In this document: positions 49,917-61,013 of the stretch, one piece after another
Layout of the letters: each line of letters starts with the position of its first letter
Position numbering within the stretch: position 1 is the stretch's first letter
From: Fibrobacterota bacterium
Lineage (GTDB): Bacteria > Fibrobacterota > Fibrobacteria > UBA11236
Assembly: GCA_019509785.1 (NCBI GenBank)
Contig: JAEKLQ010000027.1
Span: 25,755 to 89,754, forward strand
DNA: 64,000 bases
Direction: 5' to 3'
Position numbers and translations under genes: made by a program
The notes under the pieces: generated by a model
The model's input: only the letters and a program-made list of their open reading frames with translations
The model's database searches: none
What the model was told of the DNA's origin: nothing

Positions 49917-52619
49917 ATGAACGAACTCACCCACATGGCCAACGAGGCCCTCCAGAAGGCCCAAGAGATCAAGCTCCAGGGCCGGCACGTGGAGCTGACC
50001 TCCCTGCATTTGGCCGCCGGGCTCATGCGCTCCGCTTACGATTTCCTCGAACCTTCCCTGGCCGATGCGGGCGTCAAAGCCATCGCCTTCGCCGAGGATC
50101 TGGAAGCCGCCGCCGCGAGGCAGCCGAAGGAGCAAGGCGGCGAAAGCGACCGCACCTCTCCCGACCTGCACAAGGTTCTGCAGGCGGCCAAGCGCATCAG
50201 CCTGGACATGGGGGATACCGTTGTTACCGTCGAGCATCTCTTGCTGGCCTTGGAGAAGGCGGAGATGTTCGATTTGAAAAGCGTTTTGGATAAGCATCGG
50301 ATCGATTTCAAGAAGCTGAAAGGCGCACTCATGAAGAACAGGAACAGCGGCCAGGGCGAGGGCGCCGGAGCGCATGGCGAGAACGCCGAGCAACAATACA
50401 AGGTGCTGGAGAAGTACGGGCATGAGCTCGTGGCCCGGGCCCGCGAAGGCAAGCTAGATCCGGTCATCGGGCGCGAAGAGGAGATCCGCCGGGTGATCCG
50501 CATCCTGTCGCGTAAGACCAAGAACAATCCCGTACTGGTGGGGGAGCCCGGCGTGGGGAAGACCGCCATCGTGGAAGGTTTGGCTCAACGCATCGTGAAG
50601 GGGGACGTGCCCGAATCCCTGAAGGGCAAGAAGATCTATAGCCTGGACATGGGCGCTCTCATCGCCGGGGCCAAGTACCGGGGCGAGTTCGAAGAACGCC
50701 TCAAGGCCGTACTGAAGGAATTGGAGAAGGAGCAAGGGACCTTGCTCTTCATCGATGAATTGCACACCATCGTCGGGGCGGGGAAGACCGAAGGATCCAT
50801 GGACGTGGGCAACCTCCTGAAGCCCAAGCTGGCGCGCGGCGAACTGCACTGCATCGGCGCGACCACCTTGAACGAATACAAGCAGCATATCGAAAAGGAC
50901 GCGGCCCTGGAGAGGCGGTTCCAGCCAGTGACCGTGCCTGAACCCACCCCCGACGAAAGCGTTTCCATCCTGCGCGGCATCAAGGAGCGCTTCGACCGGC
51001 ATCATGGCGTGCGCATCCAGGACAACGCCATCGTGGCCGCCGTAAAGCTGTCTTCCCGCTACATCGCCGATCGCTTCCTGCCGGACAAGGCCATCGACCT
51101 GATGGACGAGGCCGCCGCCATGGTCAAGACGCAATTGGACACGGCCCCGGAGGAATTGGACACCTTGGGCCGGCGCCTTTTGCAGATGCAGATCGAGGAA
51201 CAGGCCCTTAAGCAGGAGAAGGACGAGAAAAGCAAGGAACGGCTGCTGGTTCTCCGCGGCGAAATCGCGTCGTTGCGCGAGCAGGTGGAAACCATGCAGC
51301 GCCAATGGGAGGCCCATGCGCGCCAGATCCAAAAGGTGCGGGGGCTGCAGGGAGAGGTGGATAAGGTCAAGCAGCAAATCGAAAAGGCGGAAGCCGAATA
51401 CGATCTCAACCGCGCGGCGGAGCTGAAATACAAGACCCTGCGCGAGGCCGAACGCAAGTTGCAAGAGGCCCAGCATGCGGCCTCCCAGGTGAAGGTCGGC
51501 GGCATCGAATTCCACGAAGAGGTGACCGAGGACGAAATCGCCGAGGTGGTTTCCCGCTGGACGGGAATCCCCGTGACGCGCCTCCAGGAAGCGGAGAAGG
51601 ACAAGCTGCTGAATCTGCCGGACCATCTGGCCAAGCGCGTGGTGGGACAGCGCATGGGCATCCAAGCCCTGTCGCACGCCATCCTGCGCAACCGCTCGGG
51701 ACTGGGCCGCGAGAACCGGCCCATCGGAAGCTTCTTGTTCCTCGGGCCCACCGGCGTGGGCAAGACCGAGCTGACCAAGGCGGTGGCCGAGTTCCTGTTC
51801 GACAGCGAGAACTACGTCATCCGGCTGGACATGAGCGAGTACATGGAAAAGCACGCCGTCTCCAAGCTGATCGGCGCGCCTCCGGGATACGTAGGCTACG
51901 AGGAAGGCGGCCAATTGACCGAGGCCGTGCGGCGCCAGCCCTACGCGGTCGTTCTCCTGGACGAGGTCGAGAAGGCCCATCCGGACGTGTTCAACATCCT
52001 TTTGCAGGTGCTCGACGAGGGCCGCCTCTCCGATTCGCAAGGCCGGACGGTATCTTTCAAGAACACCATCATCGTGATGACCTCGAACATCGGCTCGCAG
52101 AAGTTCGCCGCCGCGGAATCGCCCATCACCGTGGACGATCTGATGCCGGACATCCGGAAGTTCTTCCGCATCGAATTCGTGAACCGCATCGACGAGATCA
52201 TCGTCTTCCAATCGCTGGCGAAGGAAGAGTTGGTCAAGATCGCCGAGCTGCGCTTCCGCGACCTTTCCAAGCGGCTGCGCGATCGCGGCATCGAAGCCGA
52301 GATCACGGCGGCAGCGGCCAAGGCCGTGGCCGAGAAGTCCTACGATCCGCAATACGGGGCGCGGCCCATCAACCGGTACATCCAAACCCATCTGGAGAAC
52401 CCGCTCAGCCGCCTGCTCATCGCGGGCGAACTGAAATCCGGCGATGCCTTGAAGGTGGACTTCCGCAACGATGCTTTCGCCTTCGACACCACCCCGGGGG
52501 CGGTTCCCGGAGCCGCTGCCGAGGCGGCCGCCAAGCCGGGGGCCAAAAACCCCAAGTCCAAGCCTGCGGCGGGCGCCAAGCAAGACGTGGAGGACGAAGA
52601 GTTCATCGAAGTCGATTAA
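49917..52619 (+). CDS. clpB: ATP-dependent disaggregase ClpB
   Basis: [14 protein letters not shown], coiled-coil middle domain ([10 protein letters not shown]), [22 protein letters not shown]. Confidence 0.97.
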   Translation: MNELTHMANEALQKAQEIKLQGRHVELTSLHLAAGLMRSAYDFLEPSLADAGVKAIAFAEDLEAAAARQPKEQGGESDRTSPDLHKVLQAAKRISLDMGDTVVTVEHLLLALEKAEMFDLKSVLDKHRIDFKKLKGALMKNRNSGQGEGAGAHGENAEQQYKVLEKYGHELVARAREGKLDPVIGREEEIRRVIRILSRKTKNNPVLVGEPGVGKTAIVEGLAQRIVKGDVPESLKGKKIYSLDMGALIAGAKYRGEFEERLKAVLKELEKEQGTLLFIDELHTIVGAGKTEGSMDVGNLLKPKLARGELHCIGATTLNEYKQHIEKDAALERRFQPVTVPEPTPDESVSILRGIKERFDRHHGVRIQDNAIVAAVKLSSRYIADRFLPDKAIDLMDEAAAMVKTQLDTAPEELDTLGRRLLQMQIEEQALKQEKDEKSKERLLVLRGEIASLREQVETMQRQWEAHARQIQKVRGLQGEVDKVKQQIEKAEAEYDLNRAAELKYKTLREAERKLQEAQHAASQVKVGGIEFHEEVTEDEIAEVVSRWTGIPVTRLQEAEKDKLLNLPDHLAKRVVGQRMGIQALSHAILRNRSGLGRENRPIGSFLFLGPTGVGKTELTKAVAEFLFDSENYVIRLDMSEYMEKHAVSKLIGAPPGYVGYEEGGQLTEAVRRQPYAVVLLDEVEKAHPDVFNILLQVLDEGRLSDSQGRTVSFKNTIIVMTSNIGSQKFAAAESPITVDDLMPDIRKFFRIEFVNRIDEIIVFQSLAKEELVKIAELRFRDLSKRLRDRGIEAEITAAAAKAVAEKSYDPQYGARPINRYIQTHLENPLSRLLIAGELKSGDALKVDFRNDAFAFDTTPGAVPGAAAEAAAKPGAKNPKSKPAAGAKQDVEDEEFIEVD

Positions 52620-52769
52620 TCGCTAGAATCGGCGGTTCCCCCGGCGGGACCGCCCATTCCATTCCCGGTAATTCAGGGAAATCCGCCAATACCTCGCAGG
52701 AAATCGGCTCCCCGCGCGTTATATTGAATATCGGCCGGCTCCAGTCGGCCGAGGGGATAGGGGGGTCGG

Positions 52770-53543
52770 ATGTCCAAGTTCATCATCGCCATGCTGGCGG
52801 TTTGCTCCACGGTGCTGTTGCCGCGTACGGCCCAGGCTAAGACCTTTTCCGGCGATCATTACTCCATCGGTTTCGGAACCGCCTGGGATACCGTGCAGAC
52901 CCATTCCATCCTCGGCAAATACCTGGGGCTACAAGGTATGGCGACCATGACCGCGGACCTCGGAACGTCGCTTCCCAACCTCGACTCCCTGACCGCCGCC
53001 TACTCGGACAGCCTGGGCGGGAAGATTACCAAGGACTCCAGCGGGCGCATGACCATCGGGAAGTACGATGTGCATTGGCAGAAATTCACTTACGACAGCC
53101 TGCCCAAGTTGAGCGCCGCCGTTTCGAAAGCCACCGGCATGTCGACCACTTTGAAGAAGGGCGAATTCCGGGTGTACTACCTGAACTCCACCGGGGTCAG
53201 CTTTTCGATCGCGTGCATGTCGATCGTCTCAGGGGTGAAGGCCCCGTATGCCGACGTGGAAGCGGCTCTCGCGACCTTGACCTTGACCACCCAGACCGGC
53301 ATCATCCCCCTCGCGCCCGGGTTCTCCCGCGATATCTGGGTGAAAGACGGCAAGCTGGGCGGCGGATGGCTGAAGGCGAACCGCGTCTTCGCGGTGGAAT
53401 GCTACGATACGCGCGGCGCGTTCCTGGGCCAAGCGACCCATGCCGCGGAAGGCGCCTGGCAATTGCCGAAAGCGCAGGCGGAGATGCTGGTGCGCTTGAA
53501 GACCGCGAGCGGGAACGGGATGCATTTCCTGGTGCGGCCGTAA
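52770..53543 (+). CDS. Secreted hypothetical protein with short Por-like tail
   Basis: Signal peptide ending AQA; TTQTGI linker then VECYDTRG tail. Confidence 0.65.
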   Translation: MSKFIIAMLAVCSTVLLPRTAQAKTFSGDHYSIGFGTAWDTVQTHSILGKYLGLQGMATMTADLGTSLPNLDSLTAAYSDSLGGKITKDSSGRMTIGKYDVHWQKFTYDSLPKLSAAVSKATGMSTTLKKGEFRVYYLNSTGVSFSIACMSIVSGVKAPYADVEAALATLTLTTQTGIIPLAPGFSRDIWVKDGKLGGGWLKANRVFAVECYDTRGAFLGQATHAAEGAWQLPKAQAEMLVRLKTASGNGMHFLVRP

Positions 53544-53632
53544 GGCTTTCCAAACCGCGGTTCGACGGTTTTCCGGAAAACCTTCCTACGCCCGCATTCT
53601 AATTATTTTCCTCCGACCCCCTCGGAGGCCCT

Positions 53633-54400
53633 ATGTCCCTTGTACTCAACGCGACCGTCTGGAACGAGTTCATCCACGAGCGGCGTCCCGGCAAGCCGCA
53701 AGAGATCTATCCGCAAGGCATCCATGCGGCCATAGCCGGGCATTTGAACGCGCATCCCGGCATCCGCGCCCGCACCGCCACCCTCGATGAACCCGAACAC
53801 GGCCTTACCGCCGAAGTCCTGGCGGGCACCGACGTGTTGTTCTGGTGGGGGCATCTGGCGCATGACAAGGTGGACGACGCCATCGTGAAGCGGGTGCAGG
53901 CCGAGGTATTGGCGGGCATGGGCCTGGTGGTGCTGCATTCGGGGCATGCGTCGAAAGTGTTCACCGCCCTCCTCGGGACCCACTGCTCCCTGCGCTGGCG
54001 CGAGGCGGACGAACGCGAGATCATCTGGAACATCGCCCCCGGCCACCCCATCGCCCGCGGGGTCGGCGATCGCATTGATTTGCCCCAGCACGAGATGTAC
54101 GGCGAGCGGCACGATATCCCGGAGCCCGACCAGGTGGTTTTCATTTCGTGGTTCGCGGGCGGGAACGTGTTCCGCAGCGGCTGCACCTTCACCCGCGGGT
54201 TGGGGCGGATCTTCTACTTCAGCCCGGGGCATGAGACCTATCCCATCTACCACCGCCCGGACATCCTGCAAATCCTCACCAATGCCGCCCGCTGGGGGGG
54301 CGAATTCTCCGCGGCGGAAAGGGCCCGCGCGGGGGGCGTTCCCCGGCATTTCGCGCAGGCCAGCCGTAACGAGAAGGATCCGGCGCAACCGCTGACTTAA
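53633..54400 (+). CDS. ThuA-family (trehalose utilization) protein
   Basis: [41 protein letters not shown]. Confidence 0.92.
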   Translation: MSLVLNATVWNEFIHERRPGKPQEIYPQGIHAAIAGHLNAHPGIRARTATLDEPEHGLTAEVLAGTDVLFWWGHLAHDKVDDAIVKRVQAEVLAGMGLVVLHSGHASKVFTALLGTHCSLRWREADEREIIWNIAPGHPIARGVGDRIDLPQHEMYGERHDIPEPDQVVFISWFAGGNVFRSGCTFTRGLGRIFYFSPGHETYPIYHRPDILQILTNAARWGGEFSAAERARAGGVPRHFAQASRNEKDPAQPLT

Positions 54401-54626
54401 TCGGTCGCCGGGTGCCGGCTTGCAGGGCCGCTACGGCCTGGGCCGGGGGTATAATTCACGCGCTGGTCGGTACAAAAGCCGCGCTGGCCGCGGGTAGCTT
54501 CCGGGAGGCGGATTTTCCCCTCCCTTGATCCGTTTTGCCTCATTAATCTATATATCACCGCTGCCGCATGCGGGAGAAGGCGGGATCCGCAATTCTTCGC
54601 GCCTTCACATCCGGAAAGGAATGGCC

Positions 54627-55865
54627 ATGGCCGTGAAACCCTTCGAACCGAAATTCATGAAGATGGGCGTGCTCACCGCCGCCCTCCAGGAACTCACGCC
54701 CCGGGAAATCCGCGATGCCGATCCCGATAAGGCGATCGAGGACTGGCTGCAATTCGCGCGCGAACTGGAAGTCCCCAACATCCAGCTCTCGTCCGCCCTG
54801 CATCCCAGCGAGAGCGACGTGCCCGCCGAGGCCATGCTCGATCCGACCGCCAACCACCTCGATCTGCGCAAGCCCTTCGATCGCAAGCGCGCCGAGCGCG
54901 TGCTCGCGGCCATGAAGGAAACCCGGGTGGGCATGACCGACCTGGCCTACTTCGACAACATGCTCGTCGATCACGACGCGAACCGCAAGAAGAAGCACGA
55001 CTTCATGATCCGCTGCATGGACGCCGCGGTGTTGCTGGGGCTGAAGGCCGTGTGCGGTTTCATCGGGCGCAACATCAAGCTGTCGATGGACCAGAACTAC
55101 GACATGTTCGAAAAGGAATTCGTGCCGCTCCTGAAGGCCGCCAAGGATCGCGGGCTGCAATACCGGGTGGAGCAATGCCCCATGCCGGGCTGGAATCCGA
55201 CTGATCTCTGGGTGAACAACATCGGGCACGTGCCCGCCGCCTGGATCGCCTTGCACCGCATCGCCGAGAAGCACGGCGTGGGCGACGCTTTCCGCGTCCA
55301 TTACGATCCGTCCCATGCCATCCTGATGGGCCAGGATACCCGCGCCAACTTCCAGTACCTGAAGGACGAGGGCTACGGCTTCATCATCGCGGGCTTCCAC
55401 GTCAAGGGCCAGGTGATCGATCCGAAGGGCGTCGCCGCCTGGGGTTATCAGGGCCAGGCCGCGCAACGCGGCGATTGGAAGAACGGCAAGGTCTCGGAAA
55501 ACCCGGCCGATCTCCTCAACGCCTGGAAGAAGCAGGTTTCCTATAGCATGCATGAACTGCCTGGCACCGCCAAGCATGACCCGCTCGCCTACCTGCAGAA
55601 CCGCACGGTGGATTGGCTGGATCACCAGTTGGCCGCCCGCGAGCTCTTGCAGCTCAACGTGGCCGAGACGCCATTGCTGGTGGAACACGAATATCCGCCG
55701 GCGCGCATCCAGGACAAGGAAAAGCTGAAGCCGATCCTCAAAGGCTCGCTGGCCTTCACCCGCTGCATCGACGAGACCGCCGGCTGCATGTTCGCTCTCC
55801 ACGAGAGCATGAAGGCGCAGGGGATCGCGGTGCAGGGCGTGGGGCGCGAAGCCTACCGTTCCTGA
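54627..55865 (+). CDS. Sugar-phosphate isomerase/epimerase-like TIM-barrel (AP_endonuc_2) protein
   Basis: [24 protein letters not shown] metal-ligand motifs; GGAAAGGA SD. Confidence 0.85.
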   Translation: MAVKPFEPKFMKMGVLTAALQELTPREIRDADPDKAIEDWLQFARELEVPNIQLSSALHPSESDVPAEAMLDPTANHLDLRKPFDRKRAERVLAAMKETRVGMTDLAYFDNMLVDHDANRKKKHDFMIRCMDAAVLLGLKAVCGFIGRNIKLSMDQNYDMFEKEFVPLLKAAKDRGLQYRVEQCPMPGWNPTDLWVNNIGHVPAAWIALHRIAEKHGVGDAFRVHYDPSHAILMGQDTRANFQYLKDEGYGFIIAGFHVKGQVIDPKGVAAWGYQGQAAQRGDWKNGKVSENPADLLNAWKKQVSYSMHELPGTAKHDPLAYLQNRTVDWLDHQLAARELLQLNVAETPLLVEHEYPPARIQDKEKLKPILKGSLAFTRCIDETAGCMFALHESMKAQGIAVQGVGREAYRS

Positions 55866-55871
55866 TAAAGA

Positions 55872-55973
55872 AAGGGTTAAGGGTACAGGGTACAGGGTTA
55901 AGGGCGTTGGGGAAAATAGAGGCGTTTCTAACCCTTTACCCTTTACCCTGTACCCTTAAATCCCGTACCCTTT
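55872..55973. repeat. Inverted heptamer tandem-array element, copy 2
   Basis: aagggttaagggtacagggtacagggttaaggg ... taaccctttaccctttaccctgtacccttaaatcccgtacccttt. Confidence 0.9.
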
Positions 55974-56008
55974 CGAAGCAAAAATCGCAACCAGAAGAAG
56001 GATGAGCC

Positions 56009-57163
56009 ATGGCACAGCGGAAACTTAGAGGCGGAATGGTCGGCGGCGGCATCGGGGCCTTCATCGGTCCGGTCCACCGGATGGCGGCGACCTTGGACAA
56101 CGAGGCGGAATTCGTGGCGGGGGCCTTTTCCCGCGACCCCGAGAAGTCCCGCAAATCGGGCGAGGAACTGGGGCTCGATGCCTCCCGCGTTTACGGTAGC
56201 TTCAAGGAAATGGCCGAGAAGGAAGCCAAGCTTCCGGCCGACAAGCGCATCGATTTCGTCTCCATCGTGGTCCCGAACAATAGCCACTACGAAGCGGCCA
56301 AGGCCTTCCTGGAGGCCGGCATCAACGTGATCTGCGACAAGCCCATGACCACCACCTTGGCCGATGCCAAGGCCCTGCGGGAACTGGTCAAGAAGAGCGG
56401 CAAGGTCTTCGCCCTCACCCACAACTATACCGGTTATCCCATGGTCAAACAGGCCCGCCACATGGTGCAGAGCGGCCTGCTGGGGAAGATCAACAAGGTG
56501 GTTTGCGAGTATCCCCAAGGTTGGATGAGCGGGCTCATCACCAGCCCGGGGAACGCCATCGGCATGTGGCGCATGGATCCCAAGGTGGCCGGCGGCTCCG
56601 GCTGCATGGGGGATCTGGGGACCCACGGCGAGAACCTGATCCGCTATATCACCGGGCTGGAAATCGAAGAGGTATGCGCCGACCTCACCACCTTCGTGAA
56701 GGGGAACGGGCTCGAGGATGACGGCAATTTGCTGTTGCACTTCAAGGGCGGCGCCCGGGGCATCCTCTACGCTTCCCAGATCTCCGCGGGGGAGGAAAAT
56801 CCCCTCAGCATCCGCGTGTACGGAACCAAGCTGGGCCTGGAGTGGCGGCAAGAGGATCCCAATTACCTGCTGGTCAAGGATCCTGCCGGCACCATCACCC
56901 GCTGGTCCAAGGGCAATTCCAACCTCTGCAAGGAGGCGCAGGAAGCCGCCCGCCTGATCTGGGGCCATCCCGACGGGTATATCGAGGCTTTCGCCAACAT
57001 CTACCGGGAAGCCTATAAGGGCATACGGGCGTTGCAAGCCGGGCAGAATATCCCCGCCCTGGACCATCCCACCGCCGATGACGGCGTGATCGGCGTCGCG
57101 TTTATAGACGCGTTGCTGGCGAGCAACAAATCCAGCAGCAAGTGGACCCGCATGGAGGCCTAA
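56009..57163 (+). CDS. Gfo/Idh/MocA family oxidoreductase
   Basis: [33 protein letters not shown]. Confidence 0.93.
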   Translation: MAQRKLRGGMVGGGIGAFIGPVHRMAATLDNEAEFVAGAFSRDPEKSRKSGEELGLDASRVYGSFKEMAEKEAKLPADKRIDFVSIVVPNNSHYEAAKAFLEAGINVICDKPMTTTLADAKALRELVKKSGKVFALTHNYTGYPMVKQARHMVQSGLLGKINKVVCEYPQGWMSGLITSPGNAIGMWRMDPKVAGGSGCMGDLGTHGENLIRYITGLEIEEVCADLTTFVKGNGLEDDGNLLLHFKGGARGILYASQISAGEENPLSIRVYGTKLGLEWRQEDPNYLLVKDPAGTITRWSKGNSNLCKEAQEAARLIWGHPDGYIEAFANIYREAYKGIRALQAGQNIPALDHPTADDGVIGVAFIDALLASNKSSSKWTRMEA

Positions 57164-57229
57164 GGGCCGCCATCAGGTCAAGGGATCAAGGACTCGATAC
57201 GGGACGCATGCAGCGGCGAGGAGGGTAAC

Positions 57230-58315
57230 ATGGCGGTTAAGATCGGCATCGTAGGCGCGGGGTGGATGGCGGCCTATCACGTGAGCGGCTTCCGGAGCGC
57301 CGGGGCCGAGGTAGTGGCCATCGCGGACATGAATCCCGAAGCCGCCGCGGCGGCCGCGAAGAAGTACGGCGTGGACAAGCACTTCGGCGGCGCGGGCGAG
57401 ATGTATAGCGCCCTGAAGGATCTGGACGCCATCTCCATCATCACGCCCAACGCCTTCCACCAATCCCTGGCCCTGGAGGCCCTGGCCCAAGGCAAGCACG
57501 TTTTCTGCGAGAAGCCGCCGGCCTTGAACGCGGCCGGCGTGGAGGAAATGGCCGCCGCCGCCAAGCAACGCGGCAAGATCCTCATGTTCAATTTCAACAA
57601 CCGCGCCCGGCCCGAAGCCTACGCCATGCGCAATTACATCCGCTCCGGCGCTGTCGGCCGCATCGATTCCGCCCAGGCCTCCTGGATCCGGCGCACCGGC
57701 ATCCCCGGTTTCGGCGGCTGGTTCACCAATAAGAAGATGTCGGGGGGAGGCCCCTTGATCGATCTTCTGCACATGATTGATCTCGCCCTCCACTTCATGG
57801 ACTATCCCGAGCCCGCTTACGTGCTTGGGCAGACCTTCGACGGCCATATCGGCAACCCCGCGTTCAAAGGGCCCTGGGGCATCCCGGACGTCAAGAACGG
57901 CGTTACCGACGTGGAAGCCGCCGCCCATGGCTTCGTGACCTTCAAGTCCGGCCAGATCCTCTCCATCCGCAACTCGTGGGCGGAGATGAACAAGCGCGAG
58001 GAAGTTTCGGTGGTGTTCCAAGGCCAGAAGGCGGGCGGCATGATGCAACGCCTGTTCAAGGTGGACGGCATCGATTCCACCAGCATCGATACCTGCGAGC
58101 TGTATACACAGGAGAACGGCTATTCCGTGAACCGCAACATCGTTACGGAACCGGACGAGGCCATGGGCCGCACGCGCTCCGCCAAGAACTTCGCCCTCCA
58201 CCTGGAAGGGAAGGAAGAGCCGCTGAATACGGCCGACGAGGCCGTGAAGCTGATGAAAATCATCGACGGAATCTACGCTTCGGCCAAAACGGGCCGGCCG
58301 GTGGAGATTCGCTAA
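57230..58315 (+). CDS. Gfo/Idh/MocA family oxidoreductase
   Basis: GIVGAG, CEKP, GGWFT..SGGGPLIDLLHMID. Confidence 0.93.
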   Translation: MAVKIGIVGAGWMAAYHVSGFRSAGAEVVAIADMNPEAAAAAAKKYGVDKHFGGAGEMYSALKDLDAISIITPNAFHQSLALEALAQGKHVFCEKPPALNAAGVEEMAAAAKQRGKILMFNFNNRARPEAYAMRNYIRSGAVGRIDSAQASWIRRTGIPGFGGWFTNKKMSGGGPLIDLLHMIDLALHFMDYPEPAYVLGQTFDGHIGNPAFKGPWGIPDVKNGVTDVEAAAHGFVTFKSGQILSIRNSWAEMNKREEVSVVFQGQKAGGMMQRLFKVDGIDSTSIDTCELYTQENGYSVNRNIVTEPDEAMGRTRSAKNFALHLEGKEEPLNTADEAVKLMKIIDGIYASAKTGRPVEIR

Positions 58316-58349
58316 GGGACGTCCTGACGGGATTCCGACCTTAGCATTG

Positions 58350-59024
58350 TCACCAACGAATCGCCGGCAAGGATAGCCGGAAATAAACTTCGACGGAAAC
58401 GGGCGCTCCCCTTTCCCCGGAGGCGAAGACGATGGGGCGCACTTCATCGCCGTCAGCGATGGATTCCATCAGATTGTTGGATCGGCTGCGCTCACGCAAC
58501 CATGAGTAGCCCACTCGGGTCCCCGCCGACATGAATCCGGCGAAGTCGAGTTCCGCCGTGATGCCCGCCCCGGTTAGTTCATACCGATCGATGAGCGCCC
58601 CGCTGTAGGAGTCGCCGTTCGGAAATCCGCCTTGGACCAAGGTGTACCGGTTCACGCCCGTCTGCCGCATGATGTCGGCCCCGAGGAAAGCCGCGGTGAG
58701 GGAATCGTGCAGGATCCTGCGCGCCGCCCCCAGGTTCTGGCGGGAATATTTTTCCTCCAACCGGGAGTCGCAGAAAAGGCAGAAGCTATGGGCATCCACC
58801 CAGGTCCAGGTCCCCGTAAATTTCCAATCCCGGCCCGGGGTCAAGGATAGGCCGGCATGGGGGATATAGTTGACGTTTTCCGTGGACCGGTAGGGACGAA
58901 AGCGCGCCGCGTCCCCGAAGTTCATGCCCGAACCCAGGAAGGCTTCGATCCTGCCTGCCGCTGCGGGCGGAACGAGGATGGCGCAAATCGCGATGGCCCG
59001 GCAAGCGGGTATTCCGATTCTCAA
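58350..59024 (-). CDS. Hypothetical exported (beta-barrel-like) protein
   Basis: Signal peptide, amphipathic strands, terminal Trp; ATGA-coupled to the upstream gene. Confidence 0.55.
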   Translation of the reverse strand: MRIGIPACRAIAICAILVPPAAAGRIEAFLGSGMNFGDAARFRPYRSTENVNYIPHAGLSLTPGRDWKFTGTWTWVDAHSFCLFCDSRLEEKYSRQNLGAARRILHDSLTAAFLGADIMRQTGVNRYTLVQGGFPNGDSYSGALIDRYELTGAGITAELDFAGFMSAGTRVGYSWLRERSRSNNLMESIADGDEVRPIVFASGERGAPVSVEVYFRLSLPAIRW

Positions 59025-59482
59025 GGGCCGGTTTGGACGCGTTTAACGGATTGCACGTATAGATCCCCGTAGAGTTTGACGCCGCAGTCCGGGCAAATGG
59101 TATGCGTGAAATCGGCATGGCTGCGCTTTTGGATGTATTCCTCGATGGGGCTCCAGTGGTTCTCGCCATCGCGGATCTTCTTGCAACTCGCGCAGACGCT
59201 CATCATCCCTTCCAAAAGGCGGATCTTATGCAGGATCTTCATCTGGATATACAGGGCCAGTATGAACAGGCATGCGACCCAGATGGTATCCAGGAGTCCC
59301 GCCAGCCGGGAATTGCCTATGGGAAAATCCTTCCCGATGAATTTGGGGATGAGCCATTCATCGTCGATGGAAATGAAAACGATGAGCGCGGCGAAGCAGA
59401 TGGCTTCGATGACGATGAGACGGCGGATGAGATAGGTCCCCGCGAGTTTCATGCGCGCGGGATCCGGCTTCGGGGTTTTCAT
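59021..59482 (-). CDS. Two-TM protein with C-terminal CxxC...CxxC zinc-ribbon-like domain
   Basis: VCASCKKIRD...W..IEEYI...FTHTICPDC. Confidence 0.7.
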   Translation of the reverse strand: MKTPKPDPARMKLAGTYLIRRLIVIEAICFAALIVFISIDDEWLIPKFIGKDFPIGNSRLAGLLDTIWVACLFILALYIQMKILHKIRLLEGMMSVCASCKKIRDGENHWSPIEEYIQKRSHADFTHTICPDCGVKLYGDLYVQSVKRVQTGP

Positions 59483-59832
59483 CCCGCCGCCGGCCGCGGA
59501 AGGTTCTCCACTTTGGCCGCCAGGATGAAATCGTTATCCGATAGGCCCCCGACCGCGTGGGTCCACAAGGTTATGCCCACCTTGCCCCAGGAGAGGGCGA
59601 TGTCGGGATGATGATCCTGGGCTTCCGCCAGGGCCCCTACGCGGTTCGTGAATTCCAGCGCCTGTTTGAAGTCTTTGAAGTCGAATTGCTTTTCGAGCTT
59701 CTTCCCATCCCGTACTTTCCAGTCATGGCCCAATCCGGACTTCAGCTTTTCCAGGGCTTCGCCCGCCAATGGCGGCGCGCCTTTCTTACTCGGCTTGCAA
59801 TCCCGCTCTGCCAACGATTCGAATTCCTGCAT
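59479..59832 (-). CDS. Pterin-4-alpha-carbinolamine dehydratase
   Basis: FKDFKQALEF, AEAQDHHPDI, WTHAVGGLSDNDFILAAK. Confidence 0.93.
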   Translation of the reverse strand: MQEFESLAERDCKPSKKGAPPLAGEALEKLKSGLGHDWKVRDGKKLEKQFDFKDFKQALEFTNRVGALAEAQDHHPDIALSWGKVGITLWTHAVGGLSDNDFILAAKVENLPRPAAG

Positions 59833-59989
59833 ACGAACCTCCCAAGGCCGCCCGCTCCCGGCCATCCGATGAAGATAAAATAACGATTCGACGCTTCCCG
59901 CGGGGGATACCAGGCCAGAAGCTTACGCCTACGCTATATTGATTTGCCTAGGGCCGGGGTTTTTTCGGGCTTACGAACGGGGCAAGGGC

Positions 59990-60955
59990 ATGATGGGAAT
60001 GGGTAAGGTATTCCGCGCTTCCATGGTCATTCTATCCTTGGCTGCCGCGGCCCGATCGCAAACCTCCACGGTGCAGCTCCCTAAGCCGGATTCGGCGGGA
60101 TGGATCAAGCTGTGGCGCGGGGATAATCCCCAGGATTTTTTCACCTATTACAGCCCGACCAGCAGCAATAACGCCTTCCCGGACAATACCTTCAAGTTCA
60201 GCAAGGACACCATCGTGGTCTCGGGAACGCCTACCGGCCATATCATGTTCAAGCAGTCGTTTTCCCATTACCGCATCCGCTTCGAGCAGATGGAGCCTAC
60301 CAAAATCGGGAATTGCGGCATGATCGTCCATGTCCAGATGGGCGACCCCGTCCTGTTCGGCTCATTCCCCCGCTCCATCGAATGCCAGGGCGATCCCACC
60401 CAAGGCATCGGCCAGGTTTGGTGCATCAGCAGCGTATGGGTCTCCGTGCATGCGAAAACCGGAAGCGGTGCCCCCCGCTATGATCCCACGGCGCCGCTGA
60501 TTACCTACGGGGCCAAGGATGACAACTCCCGCCAGATCCTCGGCGTGAAGGAACCGGCCGAGGCACTCAACGAATGGGTGCTCGTCGAGGCCGAGGTGCA
60601 TGGCTCGGACAGCCTGGCCCATTTCGTACGGGGCGAGACCATGATCAAGTATTCGAATCCCCATGTCGGGCCGGCCAACAATCCCAACCAGGTGGATAAG
60701 GTCCTGAAAAGCGGTCTGGTGGCGTGGCAATCCGAAGGCGTGCCGGTGCGTTACCGCAATATCTACATCAAGCTGTTCAAGGAAGATCCCTTGTACGCTT
60801 CCCTTTACGGGACCACCGGCATAGCCGATTACCGGATCCTGCCCAAGGCGGGCGTCAAGCCGGCGCTGCGGATGGAAGCCGGGGTCTTGAGCGTTGTGCG
60901 CGGGTCCCAAGCCTTGACTCTGACGGGACAGGCCTTGCCCGTCAAAGGACTCTGA
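59990..60955 (+). CDS. Secreted DUF1080 (3-keto-disaccharide hydrolase-like) protein
   Basis: GWIKLW.G, NCG, FPRSIECQ, NEW, GLVAWQSEGVPVRYRNIYIK; short C-terminal tail. Confidence 0.8.
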   Translation: MMGMGKVFRASMVILSLAAAARSQTSTVQLPKPDSAGWIKLWRGDNPQDFFTYYSPTSSNNAFPDNTFKFSKDTIVVSGTPTGHIMFKQSFSHYRIRFEQMEPTKIGNCGMIVHVQMGDPVLFGSFPRSIECQGDPTQGIGQVWCISSVWVSVHAKTGSGAPRYDPTAPLITYGAKDDNSRQILGVKEPAEALNEWVLVEAEVHGSDSLAHFVRGETMIKYSNPHVGPANNPNQVDKVLKSGLVAWQSEGVPVRYRNIYIKLFKEDPLYASLYGTTGIADYRILPKAGVKPALRMEAGVLSVVRGSQALTLTGQALPVKGL

Positions 60956-61013
60956 AAGTTCGATAACCGGTTTTCGCTAGGCCCGTTTGCATCCACCGAT
61001 TGGAACGGCTCGG

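Noticed and set aside
50454..52583. 709-aa antisense ORF over clpB (likewise 43664..45778, 22040..23944, 11848..13389, 1003..2208)
   Set aside because: Shadow ORFs expected from high-GC codon bias opposite well-supported genes; no recognisable motifs.
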